DNA of 64,000 nt from Macrostomum lignano (taxonomy: Eukaryota): assembly GCA_002269645.1 (NCBI GenBank), contig NIVC01000450.1, positions 62,001 to 126,000 on the forward strand, read 5' to 3'. The notes beneath the pieces were generated by a model. That model ran no database searches. It was not told the DNA's origin and saw nothing but the letters and a program-made list of their open reading frames with translations. The position numbers and the translations under genes were made by a program. Below are positions 12,467 to 25,409 of the stretch, in pieces. The stretch's first letter is position 1, and each line of letters starts with the position of its first letter.

Positions 12467-14396
12467 TTTAATAAGTTTCAGAACTACTAAGTTCTAGCAT
12501 AAAATTAAAGTCATTTTAAAATACAACAAGAAAATGAATTATTTATTTTAACCAATCATTTTAACCAGACATACTTAAAAATTTGACAAAATTTTCTCTT
12601 TTTACTTTTGACCTTGTCCTGTTGTCCTTGCTTAGGCCTACTAGGCCTATATTAGATGTGGGGTTTCTCAACATAACATAGGGGCCTATATTCCAACAGA
12701 CATTTAATATGATGTCCGTGTATTGAATCTTAATTACCTAAATTTCGCAAAGTTTTTTGTCTGTCTTAAAAGTCTGTTCAGAACTAGTACACTGACCTAA
12801 GCCAAATTCAAATTCAAATGCATTTTACAGCGATCACTGATCAGCTTAGGCCCCTAATAGGCCTATAAAATTATTGTCGTATTGAGAATTAATAAAGTAC
12901 CTACTAAGATATTTTCATTAAAAACACAAAAAACACGATTGCATTAAAAAATTGACGGCAGAAACAGAGACAACTCTTACCTTCTCAAGCTTCTCCAATC
13001 CAAATTTGCAACCCGCATAAGGAAAATCTGCGATGAAAGAGATTACTTTTTAAATTTGAAGAAAATCGTTAGTTAATTTCAAGCCGTCAACGCAATGCAA
13101 TTTTATTTGTAGACTCAAAATGTTTTTTAGTAATTAACTGTGGATTGTTATATTGTATTAACTAAAGTTTTAGTTGAAAAGCTTCTCAGATTTTTTAGCA
13201 TGCAAGAAAACCCTCATAAACTAAAATCTTCAATTTTTCTGAAACTTTTTTTTAATTGCTAAATTTTATTTGTTTATAACTATAACAAGTTCTTAGTACT
13301 TAAAAGCCTTAAGAAATTAAAAATAAAAGTATATCCATACGATTCTAATTTTATTGAACTTTTTAATTAAAAATAAAGCTTCAAAAGTCTTATCGATTTT
13401 CTTGATGAAAAGTGTTTAAATCGAAAATTCTTCCGTTCGACTTCACATTAAAGCATGGGTTAATATATACATGTAATTTATAGACTAGGTATTTTATTGG
13501 GTAGTTAGAATTAGGGTTGAACGAATGCAGTTATAAAATGAGTGGAAGCTTTTTAGTCCTATTTTGCTTGCTTCCTGCAGCTTTATCACGTAAGTTAATT
13601 TACTGTGCTTAAATATTACGTTTTTTCCACTTTTGGTTATTAATTTTGCATTAAAAAGCTCTTGATACAACTAGACGTTTATTGACCCTGCATGACAGTA
13701 TTATGCGATGTCCCCTTTTTAAAGCTTCCTGGCTTTATTTCGAAGAGATTGTACCTGACATCCATGATGAATTTATGTTTTGCATCATTATTCTATTTAA
13801 AAAAGACGTCCACTTCAGTTGGCTTTACCATCATTAGTTGTCTAACATTACTTGATATAAAATATTTATACTTTTCGCCTGGAAAACGTTTTCTCCTGGT
13901 TTGATTTTTTTACCTTGTGGAGAAATTCTACAGTGCAATAAAGCAAGTTAGCACAAATCACTTTTATACTGTACCTCCACAATATACATGTACATGTAGA
14001 ACTTTTTTGCACGCCTCTTTAAATTTCTGCACGGCTTGCTATGCAACGCTTGATATTGGATTTTTTCCAGAGAATGAGCTGTTTTTGCTCAGCTCTGAGG
14101 CGGCTTGTCTCGTTTATTTCTTCTACTAGTCAAGGACCCGGAAACTAATAAATCGGACTTGAGTTTCTGACTTGAGGCGTCTGCAGTGCTCTATTGCTCT
14201 CAACTGGACCGCATCATTGTGTTTCTGTACCTATTCTATTCTCAATGCTATTCTCAATTAACAACAAAACCATAAACTTTACTTGCTAGCTTATAAAATA
14301 AGTTTGAATATTTTTTATTCTTTTTATTTTATTATAAGGCTCTATTTCTCATTTGAGAACCTGATCGAGGTTTAGTTTTAAGTCAATATTATCACG

Positions 14397-17300
14397 ATGC
14401 AGAATGCAGTATGCATGGTTTTTGCTGTATTTATTACTTTATTTCTGCTTGCTGCTAAAACGAGACATGTGTATATCGTTTCCGTGACCGAATCATCACA
14501 GCAAATTGAAAAAATGAAAACAACCATGCAAGTATTAGTTGCAAGTATAACTTTTACAACCAATATTTACGCAAATTCAGAGCGATGCGATCTTTTCCCG
14601 CTGATTCCGCTCGGACTGACCGACGTACACAACGGCATCCCTGACGATCAGATCACCGCCTCGTCGTTCATGAACGCTCAGACACGAGCTTCATTTGGAC
14701 GGTTGCACTACGCAGATGGTGAAGTCAAGCAGCTCTTTGCTTAATTGATTCGGTTTTAATAGCTACTCACATTAACGCATTCGAAACCCATCCATTCAGG
14801 CTTCCTGTTCTTCCGAAATCGAGTCGGTGCGGGAGCGTGGATCGCTGGCGACCAGAACACAAACCAGTGGCTGCAGATTGACCTAGGCGAGCGCCACGTG
14901 CTCACTGGGGTGGCCACTCAGGGCCGCAAAGGTGGTCGCGAATGGGTGATGGACTACCTGGTGCAATACGCTGACGACGACCTGCCGCGGAATTGGCTGT
15001 TCTACCGAGACGAATACGGCTCGCCCTACCTGTTCGAAGGCAACATCGATGACCATGGTGTAGCAGAGAATCGCTTCTCCTATCCCATTGTGGCCCGCTA
15101 CGTTCGCATCAATCCGCAGCGCTGGCACAATCTGATCTCGATGCGAGCCGAACTGTACGGCTGCAAACTCGAGTCCTACATTGCCAGCTTCACTGGCAGC
15201 AGCCGGATCGAGTTGGACCTCAGCCACGGCGTGCAGACCGTCAACGATCGGATCCAGTTCCGGTTCCGTACTCAGGACACCAACGGCCTGATTCTGTACG
15301 CATCATCCGATCAAACTGACCACCTTGCTGTGGAGCTGTACCAGTCCAAACTGAGGATCAGCATTAACCTGGGTCGGACGCCTTCGCTATCAGGTGTGAA
15401 CGAGGTTTTTGCTGGTTCGCTGCTTGACGATAACATGTGGCACGATGTGCTGATTGTTCGCGAGCAGAGAATGTTTAACATCAGCGTTGATCGAGTCAAA
15501 GTTTGGCTAGAGCTGCAGACAGAGTACATGCACCTGAATTTGAATGGAGCCATCTACTTAGGAGGAATGGATGTATTCACCAACAAGCCGGGCCTTCTAG
15601 TGCGCAAGAACTTCACGGGGTGTCTGGAGAATGTCTGGCTCAACGGTTTGAATCTCATCCGGGATGCCCGAACAACGCCTGACTCAGACAATGCCATAGA
15701 AGGATTTCAAACTATCGGAGAGGTTGGCTCCAGGTGTCCATTGAGTAGTGCAGTGACGGACGAGATCATAACTCTAGGCTCAGAGGACGCTTTTATCAAA
15801 GCGCTACGCGACGCAGGCAGTAGCCTGCAGACATCGTTGTACTTTAGAACATTTCAAAAGGACACGGTGCTGATCTATCACCCACTGCAGACGACGAACG
15901 GAGTAACAGACAAGTTTCTAGCCTTGGATATCAAAGAAAATGGAAACCTTGAGCTCGTGGTGCAGCTCAAAGACTCTGTAACCAAAGATATCAGCGTGGT
16001 GTACACCAATCTTGACCCAGATGCTACGCCTGACAATTTCGCTGACGGCCTGTGGCATTACGTCGATCTGTACGCATCCAGAAACTCCATTAAAGTTACA
16101 ATCGACGGCACACTGTACTCAACTATTCAGCAGCTCAGTCTCAGTTTCAACACGCTAACCTACATCGGCTGGTCACCTGACCGACTCAGCCTCATCAACA
16201 AGAAGTGGAAAGCATTTCGCGGCTGTATCAAGCAGCTCAGCGTGCAGAGTCGAGCAGTGATCTATCGCGAGTTGGACCCTTTAAACAAGCAGGGCACGAT
16301 TTTGAACGGCACCTGTGCTATGCGCGACCGCTGCATGCCAAATCCGTGCAAACGGGGTGCGCACTGCAGCCAGGACTGGGGCGAATTCTATTGCACCTGC
16401 CCGGAGGGCTACTCAGATAGCGCAGTCTGTCATCAGTCTACTCACTTCACTTCCTGCTCAGAGATGCAGCTGCTTTATCCCACTATCAGTGAGAAGAATG
16501 CGACAATCGATATCGATGGCTCGCAGATTTTGGAGCCGGTTCATGTCAATTGCATCTTTCGGGATGGAATTGTACGAACTCTGGTCAATCATACGGCTAG
16601 GCCTGACACTTCTGTGAGTGTTCTGTTAGTTCATCATTTCTATCAAATACTGTGACTATGTGCTAGTTTCACTCAGACACAGTTTAAGAATGTACTGGTA
16701 GCTCGATATATATGGGATTGATTTATTGTGCCAGAAGGTCCAGACTTGAGCATTCAAGTAGCCGCATGGACATAGCCAGGAAGCGCAAGGGGGGCACGGC
16801 TTTCTTAAAGGATGGGAAAAACCATGGCGCCTCTTTGGTGCTGTCATTAGTCCACTCACGTCCCATGGCGCCTCTTTGGTGCTGTCATTAGTCCACTCAC
16901 GTCCCTTGGCGCCTCTTTGGTGCTGTCATTAGTCCACTCACGTCCCTTGGCGCCTCTTTGGTGCTGTCATTAGTCCACTCACGTCCCTTGGCGCCCCTTG
17001 GTGCTGGCGCCCCTTGGTGCTGGTGCCCCTTGGTGCTTGCGCCCCTGGGTGCTGGCGCCCCTTGGTGCTGGCGCCACTGTGGTGACTTTTACGATGGCGC
17101 TGTCGTCTCGCCCCAGCACTCCATAAATACGCTCCGCTCCCCTCAATAAAAATCCTGTTTAGGCGAATAGGGCCACTCTTGTCAATCCTGGCTTTCTGCT
17201 AGTTCGAAAGGCCACCTTTAGGATACTCGTACAATAGCAAAGTTTAAATTATTTACTCAAAAGCCAGCGGGATGGACAAACAATTTTGCCTCAATGCTGG

Positions 17301-20300
17301 TTGTGATACCCCAACACGTATCACTGGTCAAGAAATTTTGAAGTCTGACCTCACATTAAACTTTCGACAGGTAAACGGCTACCAACTGCCGGGCTCATTT
17401 ATTTTCAACGTTGATTATCAAACTTCGACGTTGTCGCTGGCCGAACTGGTCCGTCGGAGCGTCAGCTGCCGTCAGATGATCAACTACAAATGCCGCAACA
17501 CCCGCCTGCTCAGTCGGCCGACTTTGGGCGGGACAAACCTGGCCAACCGGGCCTGGTCCTGGTGGGTGTCCCGGCGCGGCCAGCCCCGCTTCTACTGGGG
17601 CGGCTCGGCGCCAGGAATTCAACGATGCGACTGCGGCGTAACTGGAACCTGTCAGAGAGGCGCCGTGTGCAACTGCGACAGCTTCTCTGAGGCGTCCGTG
17701 GACTTAGTTGAGTATCAGCAGGATACTGGGTATTTCACCTATAAGGAGGATCTGCCAGTTACTCAGCTGAGATTTGGTGATACCGGGTCCACCGCTGATA
17801 ATAAGGAGGGTGAGTTGGTCTGGATTTGGTTCTTTGTTTGTCTCTCTCTGCTGTCTGGGTCCCTAAACACGCCAAAGATGTCCAAAGTACGCACTCCGAT
17901 GCACCAAAGACAATGAGGGTTTTTTTACAGTACATCTGGAGTGCCAAGGTACTCTAGATACTACAGTGACAGACAGCTTTAAAGTACGCTAGAAACGCAA
18001 TAAGTACATCTGGGACGCTTAAGATTACGGGAAGACACGGTAACTGTCTCAGATACACAAGAAGGTTTCACCGGGGTCACTCAAAGCACAACTGATGTGG
18101 TAGTAAGGATAACGTTAAACGCAACGTGAGCATTTTTAATTCGAGACAGGGAGCTCTGTGCACCCTGGCGCACTTTAAGCGACATTATCACATTGCTGTC
18201 ACACTGTCAAACTGTCACATTGTCACATTAGTGGCATTACTGCCGACTCCCCTGAGCAGGCACACAAGCGCGCGGATACTTACGCAGTCACAGGCACACA
18301 CTCACACAGGAGTGTACAGCGGTTCTAACTTTATTTATCGATAGGCATGTACACTTCACTGCGCCTAATTGCAAGGTTGGCCCTCAAGGCCGTTAATTGC
18401 ACGAGCAGAGCCAAGCCGAGATTTCAATTGAGCCCCAAACTAATATGACTGCACTTGGAATCGAGCCTGGGCCGCTGGAATATCAAAGCACCATGCTAGA
18501 CCACTGGGTTACAATCCCATTTAACTGCGCAAGCGAGCTTCATGATGACCCATTGACTCGGCTTTCCAATCCAGATCTCACACAATCATCCTGCATGCCT
18601 ATCTTTTATCACCAGGCCAGTTCACCCTCGGTCCGCTCGAGTGCACAGGCGACAACCTGTTTGACAACACGGTGACATTCCGTAAAACCGACGCCACCAT
18701 TGAAATGGAGCCAATCTACTCGGAGACTGAGCTGGACATCCGGTTTCTGTTCAAGACTACCCAGACTGACGCCGTCTTCTTCCAGATCAACGGCAACCGA
18801 ACCGGTCACTTTATTGAGGCTCGTCTGAAGCGCGGCAGAGAAGTTCAATTCTCATTTAACGCCGGCTACGGTGTGCTGTCAATCAGCTCTGTGGCCTTCA
18901 GCAGCAACCCGGGGGAGAGTCAGGTCACTGTCATCTATAACGACAACGAATGGCATATTGTGCAATTCGAGCGCAATAGGAAAGAGTTTACGCTCAGGGT
19001 GGACCAGGTCTGTGCAGACTGCCACTGCCACTGGCTCTCTTGTAACTTTCGACTGTCTGACTCTCTTGATCTCCCTCTCTGACCTCTGACTCTCTTGATC
19101 TCCCTCTCTGACCTCTGACTCTCTTGATCTCCCTCTCTGTCTGACTCTCTCGATCTCCCTCTCTGACCTCTGACTCTCTTGATCTCCCTCTCTGACCTCT
19201 GACTCTCTTGATCTCCCTCTCTGACCTCTGACTCTCTGCGATCTCCCTCTCTGACCTCTGACTCTCTTGATCTCCCTCTCTGACCTCTGACTCTCTTGAT
19301 CTCCCTCTCTGACCTCTGACTCTCTTGATCTCCCTCTCTGACCTCTGACTCTCTTGATCTCCCTCTCTGACCTCTGACTCTCTTGATCTCCCTCTCTGAC
19401 CTCTGACTCTCTTGATCTCCCTCTCTGACCTCTGACTCTCTTGATCTCCCTCTCTGACCTCTGACTCTCTTGATCTCCCTCTCTGACCTCTGACTCTCTG
19501 CGATCTCCCTCTCTGTCTGACTCTCATCCTCTCTCTCTGTCTCTGACTCTCCCTCTCTGATGTCTGACTCTCCCAGATCTCCTTCTCTGCCTCTGACTCT
19601 CCCAAATCTCCCTCTCTGTCTCTGACTCTCTCCTATCTTCCTCTCAGTCTCTAATTCTCCCCGATCTCCCTCTCTCCCTCTCCAACTTCTGACTCTCCCC
19701 AATCTCCCTCTCTGCCTCTGACTCTCCCCGATCGCCCTCTCTGCCTCTGACTCTCCTCAATCTCCCTTTCTGCCTCTGACTCTCCCCGATCTCTCTTTCA
19801 TACCTCTGACTCTCCCCGATCTCCCCCTTTAACTTCTGATTCTCCCATTTCTACCTCTCTGTCTCTCTTCATCTCCCTTCTAAAAACACTTGAAATATTG
19901 TCCAGATTTATTTATTGTTCGTTACTTACTAATAACAACATGTATGTCCGCTCGCATCCTTCAACCAGGACGAGACTCGCAGAGACCGGGAGCCCTCAGA
20001 CCAGGCATTCCAGTTCTTGAAATTCAACAGTCCTCTATTTGTGGGAGCCACGCAGAATTTCAACGAAGGATATCTGGGGTGCCTGTCTAATCTGATGGTT
20101 AATGGCGTGATGCAGGTGCGTTTTTGTAGCTAACTAGCTGATAAACTTTTTTACATTTACCTTTGGTGTATACTCCTGTGAATCATAATCCCTACAATAA
20201 ACACGGAACACTAATTAACACCAACAAACCAACTTTACTAGTATGTATCAACTTGATGCGTCAACTCCAACCCCAAGTAGTCACAACCCTAAACAATCCC

Positions 20301-23300
20301 AACCCCAAACAACTCCGACTCCACTCAACCCCAAACCCCGCACAACCCCAAACCCCACACAACCCCAAACCCCACACAACCCCAAACCCCACACAAACCC
20401 CAATCCCACACAACCCCAACCTCACACAACCCCTACCCCCACACAACCCCAAACCCCACACAACCCCAACCTCACACAACCCCAAACCCCACACAACCCC
20501 AAACCCCACACAACCCCAACCTCACACAACCCCAAACCCCACTCAACCCCAAACCCCACACAACCCCAAACCCCACACAACCCCAACCTCACACAACCCC
20601 AACCCCACAAAAACCAACCTCACACAACTTCAACCCCACACAAACCAACCCCACACAACCCAACCCTAAAAAATCTCTAATCCAAAACAACTCAAACCCC
20701 ACACAACTCCAGTCCTAAATAACCCCAACCCCAAACAACCACACAGGACATCCGGGGCATGGTGGAGCGCGGTCTGGTCACGTACGGCGTCACCGCGGGC
20801 TGCCAGCCCCGTTGCCTGGACAACCCCTGCCTTAACCGAGGCGAATGCGTCGAGTACTACTCTCACTACTACTGTGAGTGCGGCCTGACCCCCTACCGGG
20901 GTTACATCTGCGGCAGGGAGGTCGGAGCCACCTTCAAGTCCAGCTCCGACCAGATCAGCATCGACTATTCGCAAAAATCCGCCGCAAAAGGAATCAACAC
21001 GGTGGATGAATACATTCAAGTTGGATTTAAAACTCGGTCGAAGCTCGGAATTCTGATGCAGATTCGGAATCCCGATATACCCGAAAATAATCCCATTGAA
21101 GGGCCGAGGTTCGTATTCTTCTGCAGTTTAGTTAACATTGATTCATTTCCAAGGGTTAGTTTATCAAGCTCGACAAACACTTCTCAAAGTCGACACTTCT
21201 CAAGCTCGACACTTCTCAAGTCAAGCTCGACACTTCTCAAGTCAAGCTCGACACTTCTCAAGTCAAGCTCGACACTTCTCAAGTCAAGCTCGACACTTCT
21301 CAAGTCAAGCTCGACACTTCTCAAGTCAAGCTCGACACTTCTCAAGTCAAGCTCGACACTTCTCAAGTCAAGCTCGACACTTCTCAAGTCAAGCTCAACA
21401 CTTCTCAAGTCAAGCTCGAAGCTTCTCAAACTCGACACTTCTCAAGTCAAGCTCGACACTTCTCAAGTCAAGCTCGACACTTCTCAAAACTCGACACTTC
21501 TCAAAGCTTGACACTTCTCAAACTCGAAGAGTAAAAATTGTTGATAATTAAATGAATTTCATTCATGCCGCTTCATATTACTAAGAGTAGGTGAAATATA
21601 AACAAACTAAACAAAACACATATTTTAGTAAGGAAACTTAACAACCCGCAGTGAGTCAATCATTGTTCGTTTAAACAATGCCGGCGGCATCACGGTGGAA
21701 ATCAATGTCGGATTCCGCTGGCACGAGGTGACAACCAGCGGGCTGGACGTGGATCTGGCTAACGATCAGCATCACACGGTTATTGTGTACAGGACTAAGG
21801 CTGGCAGGCAGGTGAGCTTCGGGCATAGGGGGGGATGCATGGCCACTTTATTATGGCTGTATTTATTGCCAGTATTTAGGGTAACACGGAGAGAGTGGAG
21901 GGAGCGGGTGAGAGGGAGAAATTAACAGGGAGAGGGTGAGGGTTAGAGTGAGAGGGTGAGAGTGAGGGGAAAGGGAGAGAAAGACGGGGAGAATGTGAGA
22001 GGAACATGGAGGGAGGGGCAGGGAGAGAGTGACAGAGAGTGAAGGGCAGAGAGAGAGTGAAGGGCAGGGAGAGAGTGACAGGGAGAGAGTGAAGGGCAGG
22101 GAGAGAGTGACAGGGAGAGAGTGACAGGGAGAGAGTGACAGGGAGAGAGTGACAGGGAGAGAGTGACAGGGAGAGAGTGACAGGGAGAGAGTGACAGGGA
22201 GAGAGTGACAGGGAGAGAGTGACAGGGAGAGAGTGACAGGGAGAGAGTGACAGGGAGAGAGTGACAGGGAGAGAGTGACAGGGAGAGAGTGACAGGGAGA
22301 GAGTGACAGGGAGAGAGTGACAGGGAGAGAGTGACAGGGAGAGAGTGACAGGGAGAGAGTGACAGGGAGAGAGTGACAGGGAGAGAGTGACAGGGAAAGA
22401 GTGACAGGGAAAGAGTGAAGGGCAGGGAGAGAGTGACAGGGAGAGAGTGACAGGGAGAGAGTGACAGGGAGAGAGTGACAGGGAGAGAGTGACAGGGAAA
22501 GAGTGACAGGGAAAGAGTGAAGGGCAGGGAGAGAGTGACAGGGAGAGAGTGACAGGGAGAGAGTGACAGGGAGAGAGTGACAGGGAGAGAGTGACAGGGA
22601 GAGAGTGACAGGGAGAGAGTGACAGGGAGAGAGTGACAGGGAGAGAGTGACAGGGAGAGAGTGACAGGGAGAGAGTGACAGGGAGAGAGTGACAGGGAGA
22701 GAGTGACAGGGAGAGAGTGACAGGGAGAGAGTGACAGGGAGAGAGTGACAGGGAGAGAGTGACAGAGAGAGACGGAGAGGAAGAGACGGACAGGGAAACG
22801 GGGAAAGCTAGAGTATATTCAAGTAAACCAATAAAATAATCGCCCCTTTCCACTCGCACAGGTGAACATCAAGATAGACGACTACCCAGTGCAGTTCCAC
22901 GACTTCTCGCCCATCCTGCACGAGACCTCGGACACTCGGCTGGACAACCCGGCCAGAATCTACATCGGCAGAAACAGCAGCATGCCTGCAGGATTCGAGG
23001 GCTGCATCTACAGGGCTCAGTTCAACAACTTCTTTCCGTTAAAGGCCGCGTTTCAGGAGCCAGCAAATGAGAGGGTGGCTGTGTCCTCCGGAGTTAAGGA
23101 GGACTATTGCGGGAATGAGGAGGTGAGAGGATTTAGCCTTGAATGCTTCAGGATAGTCCTCAATGCTTCAGGGATAGTCCTCAATGCTTCAGGGATAGCC
23201 TTAAATGCTTCAGGGGTAGTCCTCAATGCTTCAGGGATAGTCCTCAATGCTTCAGGATAGTCCTCAATGCTTCAGGGATAGTCCTAAATACTTCAGGGAT

Positions 23301-24846
23301 AGTCCTCAATGCTTCAGGATAGTCCTAAATACTTCAGGATAGTCCTAAATACTTCAGGATAGTCCTCAATGCTTCAGGATAGTCCTCAATGCTTCAGGGA
23401 TAGTCCTCAATGCTTCAGGATAGTCCTCAATGCTTCAGGGATAGTCCTAAATGCTTCAGGATAGTCTTCAATGCTTCAGGGATAGTCCTCAATGCTTCAG
23501 GATAGTCCTCAATGCTTCAGGATAGTCCTCAATGCTTCAGGATAGTCCTCAATGCTTCAGGATAGTCCTCAATGCTTCAGGGATAGTCCTCAATGCTTCA
23601 GGGATAGCCTTAAATGCTTCAGGGGTAGTCCTCAATGCTTCAGGGATAGTCCTCAATGCTTCAGGATAGTCCTAAATGCTTCAGGATAGTCCTCAATGCT
23701 TCAGGGATAGTCCTAAATACTTCAGGGATAGTCCTCAATGCTTCAGGATAGTCCTAAATACTTCAGGATAGTTCTAAATACTTTAGGATAGTCCTCAATG
23801 CTTCAGGATAGTCCTCAATGCTTCAGGGATAGTCCTCAATGCTTCAGGATAGTCCTCAATGCTTCAGGGATAGTCCTAAATGCTTCAGGATAGTCTTCAA
23901 TGCTTCAGGGATAGTCCTCAATGCTTCAGGATAGTCCTCAATGCTTCAGGATAGTCCTCAATGCTTCAGGGATAGTCCTAAATGCTTCAGGATAGTCTTC
24001 AATGCTTCAGGGATAGTCCTCAATGCTTCAGGATAGTCCTCAATGCTTCAGGATAGTCCTCAATGCTTCAGGATAGTCCTCAATGCTTCAGGGATAGTCC
24101 TCAATGCTTCAGGATAGTCCTCAATGCTTCAGGGATAGTCCTCAATGCTTCAGGATAGTCCTCAATGCTTCAGGGATAGTCCTCAATGCTTCAGGATAGT
24201 CCTAAATACTTCAGGGGTAGTCCTCAATGCTTCAATTCTGTGATTTCTTCAGGATAGTCTATGATTGCTTCACGATAGTCCGTGATTTTACTTCAGGATA
24301 GTCTGTGATGTTGCTTCAGGATAGTCTGTGATGTTGCTTCAGGATAGACTGTGCTGTTGCTTCAGGATAGTCTGTGTTGTTGCTTCAGGATAGACTGTGC
24401 TGTTGCTTCAGGATAGTCTGTGCTGTTGCTTCAGGATAGTCTGTGATGTTGTTTCAGGATAGTCTGTGATGTTGCTTCAGGATAGTCTGTGATTTCGTTA
24501 TCCTTTCATGCAATGGCAACCCCAACACCCGATTCAGGTGCTGCCCATCGCAGACCCGGCAGAAATCCGTCCCTACCCGACCATCCCGCCAAACCTGTCC
24601 TTTGTCCGACCGGAAGAGATCCAACAGCGCAACCAGACAATCGTGGTGCTGGTCTCAATCAGCTGTTTCGCCCTGCTCACACTGCTATTCGTTGCCTGCT
24701 TCATGCGCAATTACACCTTCGAGCGGGGCGACTACGAGACCAAGGAGGCTGGCGACGGGATCCTAGATGAAGATGATGCTGATGCAGCGCTTCAACGACA
24801 AGGCGGAGCTCTGCCAGCGGTTCGCGGCAAAGAGTGGTGGCTGTGA
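14397..24846 (+). CDS. Nrx-IV: Neurexin IV / contactin-associated protein (CASPR/CNTNAP) orthologue, about 1340 aa plus N-terminus; exons (14397 or 14514 or 14581)-14718, 14800-16613, 17371-17809, 18616-19007, 19969-20115, 20747-21108, 21652-21811, 22862-23122, 24538-24846
   Basis: All joins are GT-AG with consistent phases. Domain order is discoidin F5/8C (WLQIDLG..LTGVATQGR), LamG, LamG, EGF, fibrinogen-like, LamG, EGF, LamG, TM (IVVLVSISCFALLTLLFVACF), 4.1-binding-type motif (RGDYETKEA) and PDZ-ligand-like end KEWWL, the CASPR/Nrx-IV architecture. Start codon uncertain (ATG 14397, ATG 14514, or an unidentified upstream exon spliced to 14581). Confidence 0.93.
16823..17080. repeat. about 40-bp minisatellite x4 grading into GGCGCCCCTTGGTGCT 16-mers, Nrx-IV intron 16614-17370
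   Basis: Units TGGCGCCTCTTTGGTGCTGTCATTAGTCCACTCACGTCCC visible directly. Confidence 0.9.
18220..18517 (-). mobile_element. tRNA-derived SINE, family A, copy 1 (Nrx-IV intron)
   Basis: Aligns by eye with 37618-37885 and 38536-38792; minus-strand head has A-box-like TAACCCAGTGG and B-box-like GGCTCGATTCC. Confidence 0.82.
19045..19850. repeat. 29-bp pyrimidine-rich minisatellite (CTCTCTGACCTCTGACTCTCTTGATCTCC), Nrx-IV intron
   Basis: Tandem units, degenerating towards the 3' end. Confidence 0.95.
20265..20745. repeat. about 17-bp C/A-rich minisatellite (ACCCCAAACCCCACACA), Nrx-IV intron
   Basis: Tandem C4 runs running up to the acceptor at 20745-20746. Confidence 0.92.
21165..21527. repeat. 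21-bp minisatellite (CTCAAGTCAAGCTCGACACTT), Nrx-IV intron
   Basis: Tandem units; read as (SSSTLLK)n. Confidence 0.95.
22015..22770. repeat. 14-bp purine-rich minisatellite (GAGAGTGACAGGGA), Nrx-IV intron
   Basis: Highly homogeneous tandem units. Confidence 0.97.
23135..24490. repeat. 20/21-bp minisatellite (GATAGTCCTCAATGCTTCAG(G)) followed by related 23-bp units (GATAGTCTGTGATGTTGCTTCAG), last Nrx-IV intron
   Basis: Fills almost all of intron 23123-24537. Confidence 0.96.
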
Positions 24847-25409
24847 ACTCAGAACCTAAATGAATGTTTGGACCCCTGCCAAGTTTATTTAAAGTTCTAC
24901 TCGAAATCTGATAAATTTCTTCGATAAAAACGTCTTTTTGATTGATAAAGTGGTACAAAACGGTATTTCTCTGAATCAGTCCAATCGCCATGTTGAAATT
25001 CCATGGCTCACACTTGCAAGTGCAATATTTTTCCATTTTTTGTTGTGTCCAATTTTTGCAACCAATTTTTTGCCAAGCTTTAAACTTAGCTATGCTTTGC
25101 TTCCTCCTAATCTGATTTTTGATTTTGTAGTCCATTATTGTTTTTGTATCATGATTATATACAATTGCACATTTTTACAGACTGCGCACGCCCGACAAAT
25201 CGACTGTACAATCAGATTTATTGTTTGAAAGCATCTTTCAACTTTTTGCAATCAAGACATTTTTAGCAATGAAAAATTACATTTAAGACATAATTGAATC
25301 AACTTTTGTCAATTGCTATCTCATGAATTTGAATTGGATTGTGAATTTATTTGTCCTTAATACGAATTGGTACAAAAGTATATTAATTATTATGCTATGT
25401 GGGTTCACA

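Noticed and set aside
16765-17145. MITE enclosing the intronic 40-bp minisatellite
   Set aside because: Ends look transposon-like but are not reverse-complementary and I found no TSD.
21109-21511. Read-through of a Nrx-IV exon into (SSSTLLK)n as a soluble isoform
   Set aside because: A valid phase-2 GT-AG join to 21652 restores the LamG domain; an open frame in a 21-bp repeat is expected by chance.
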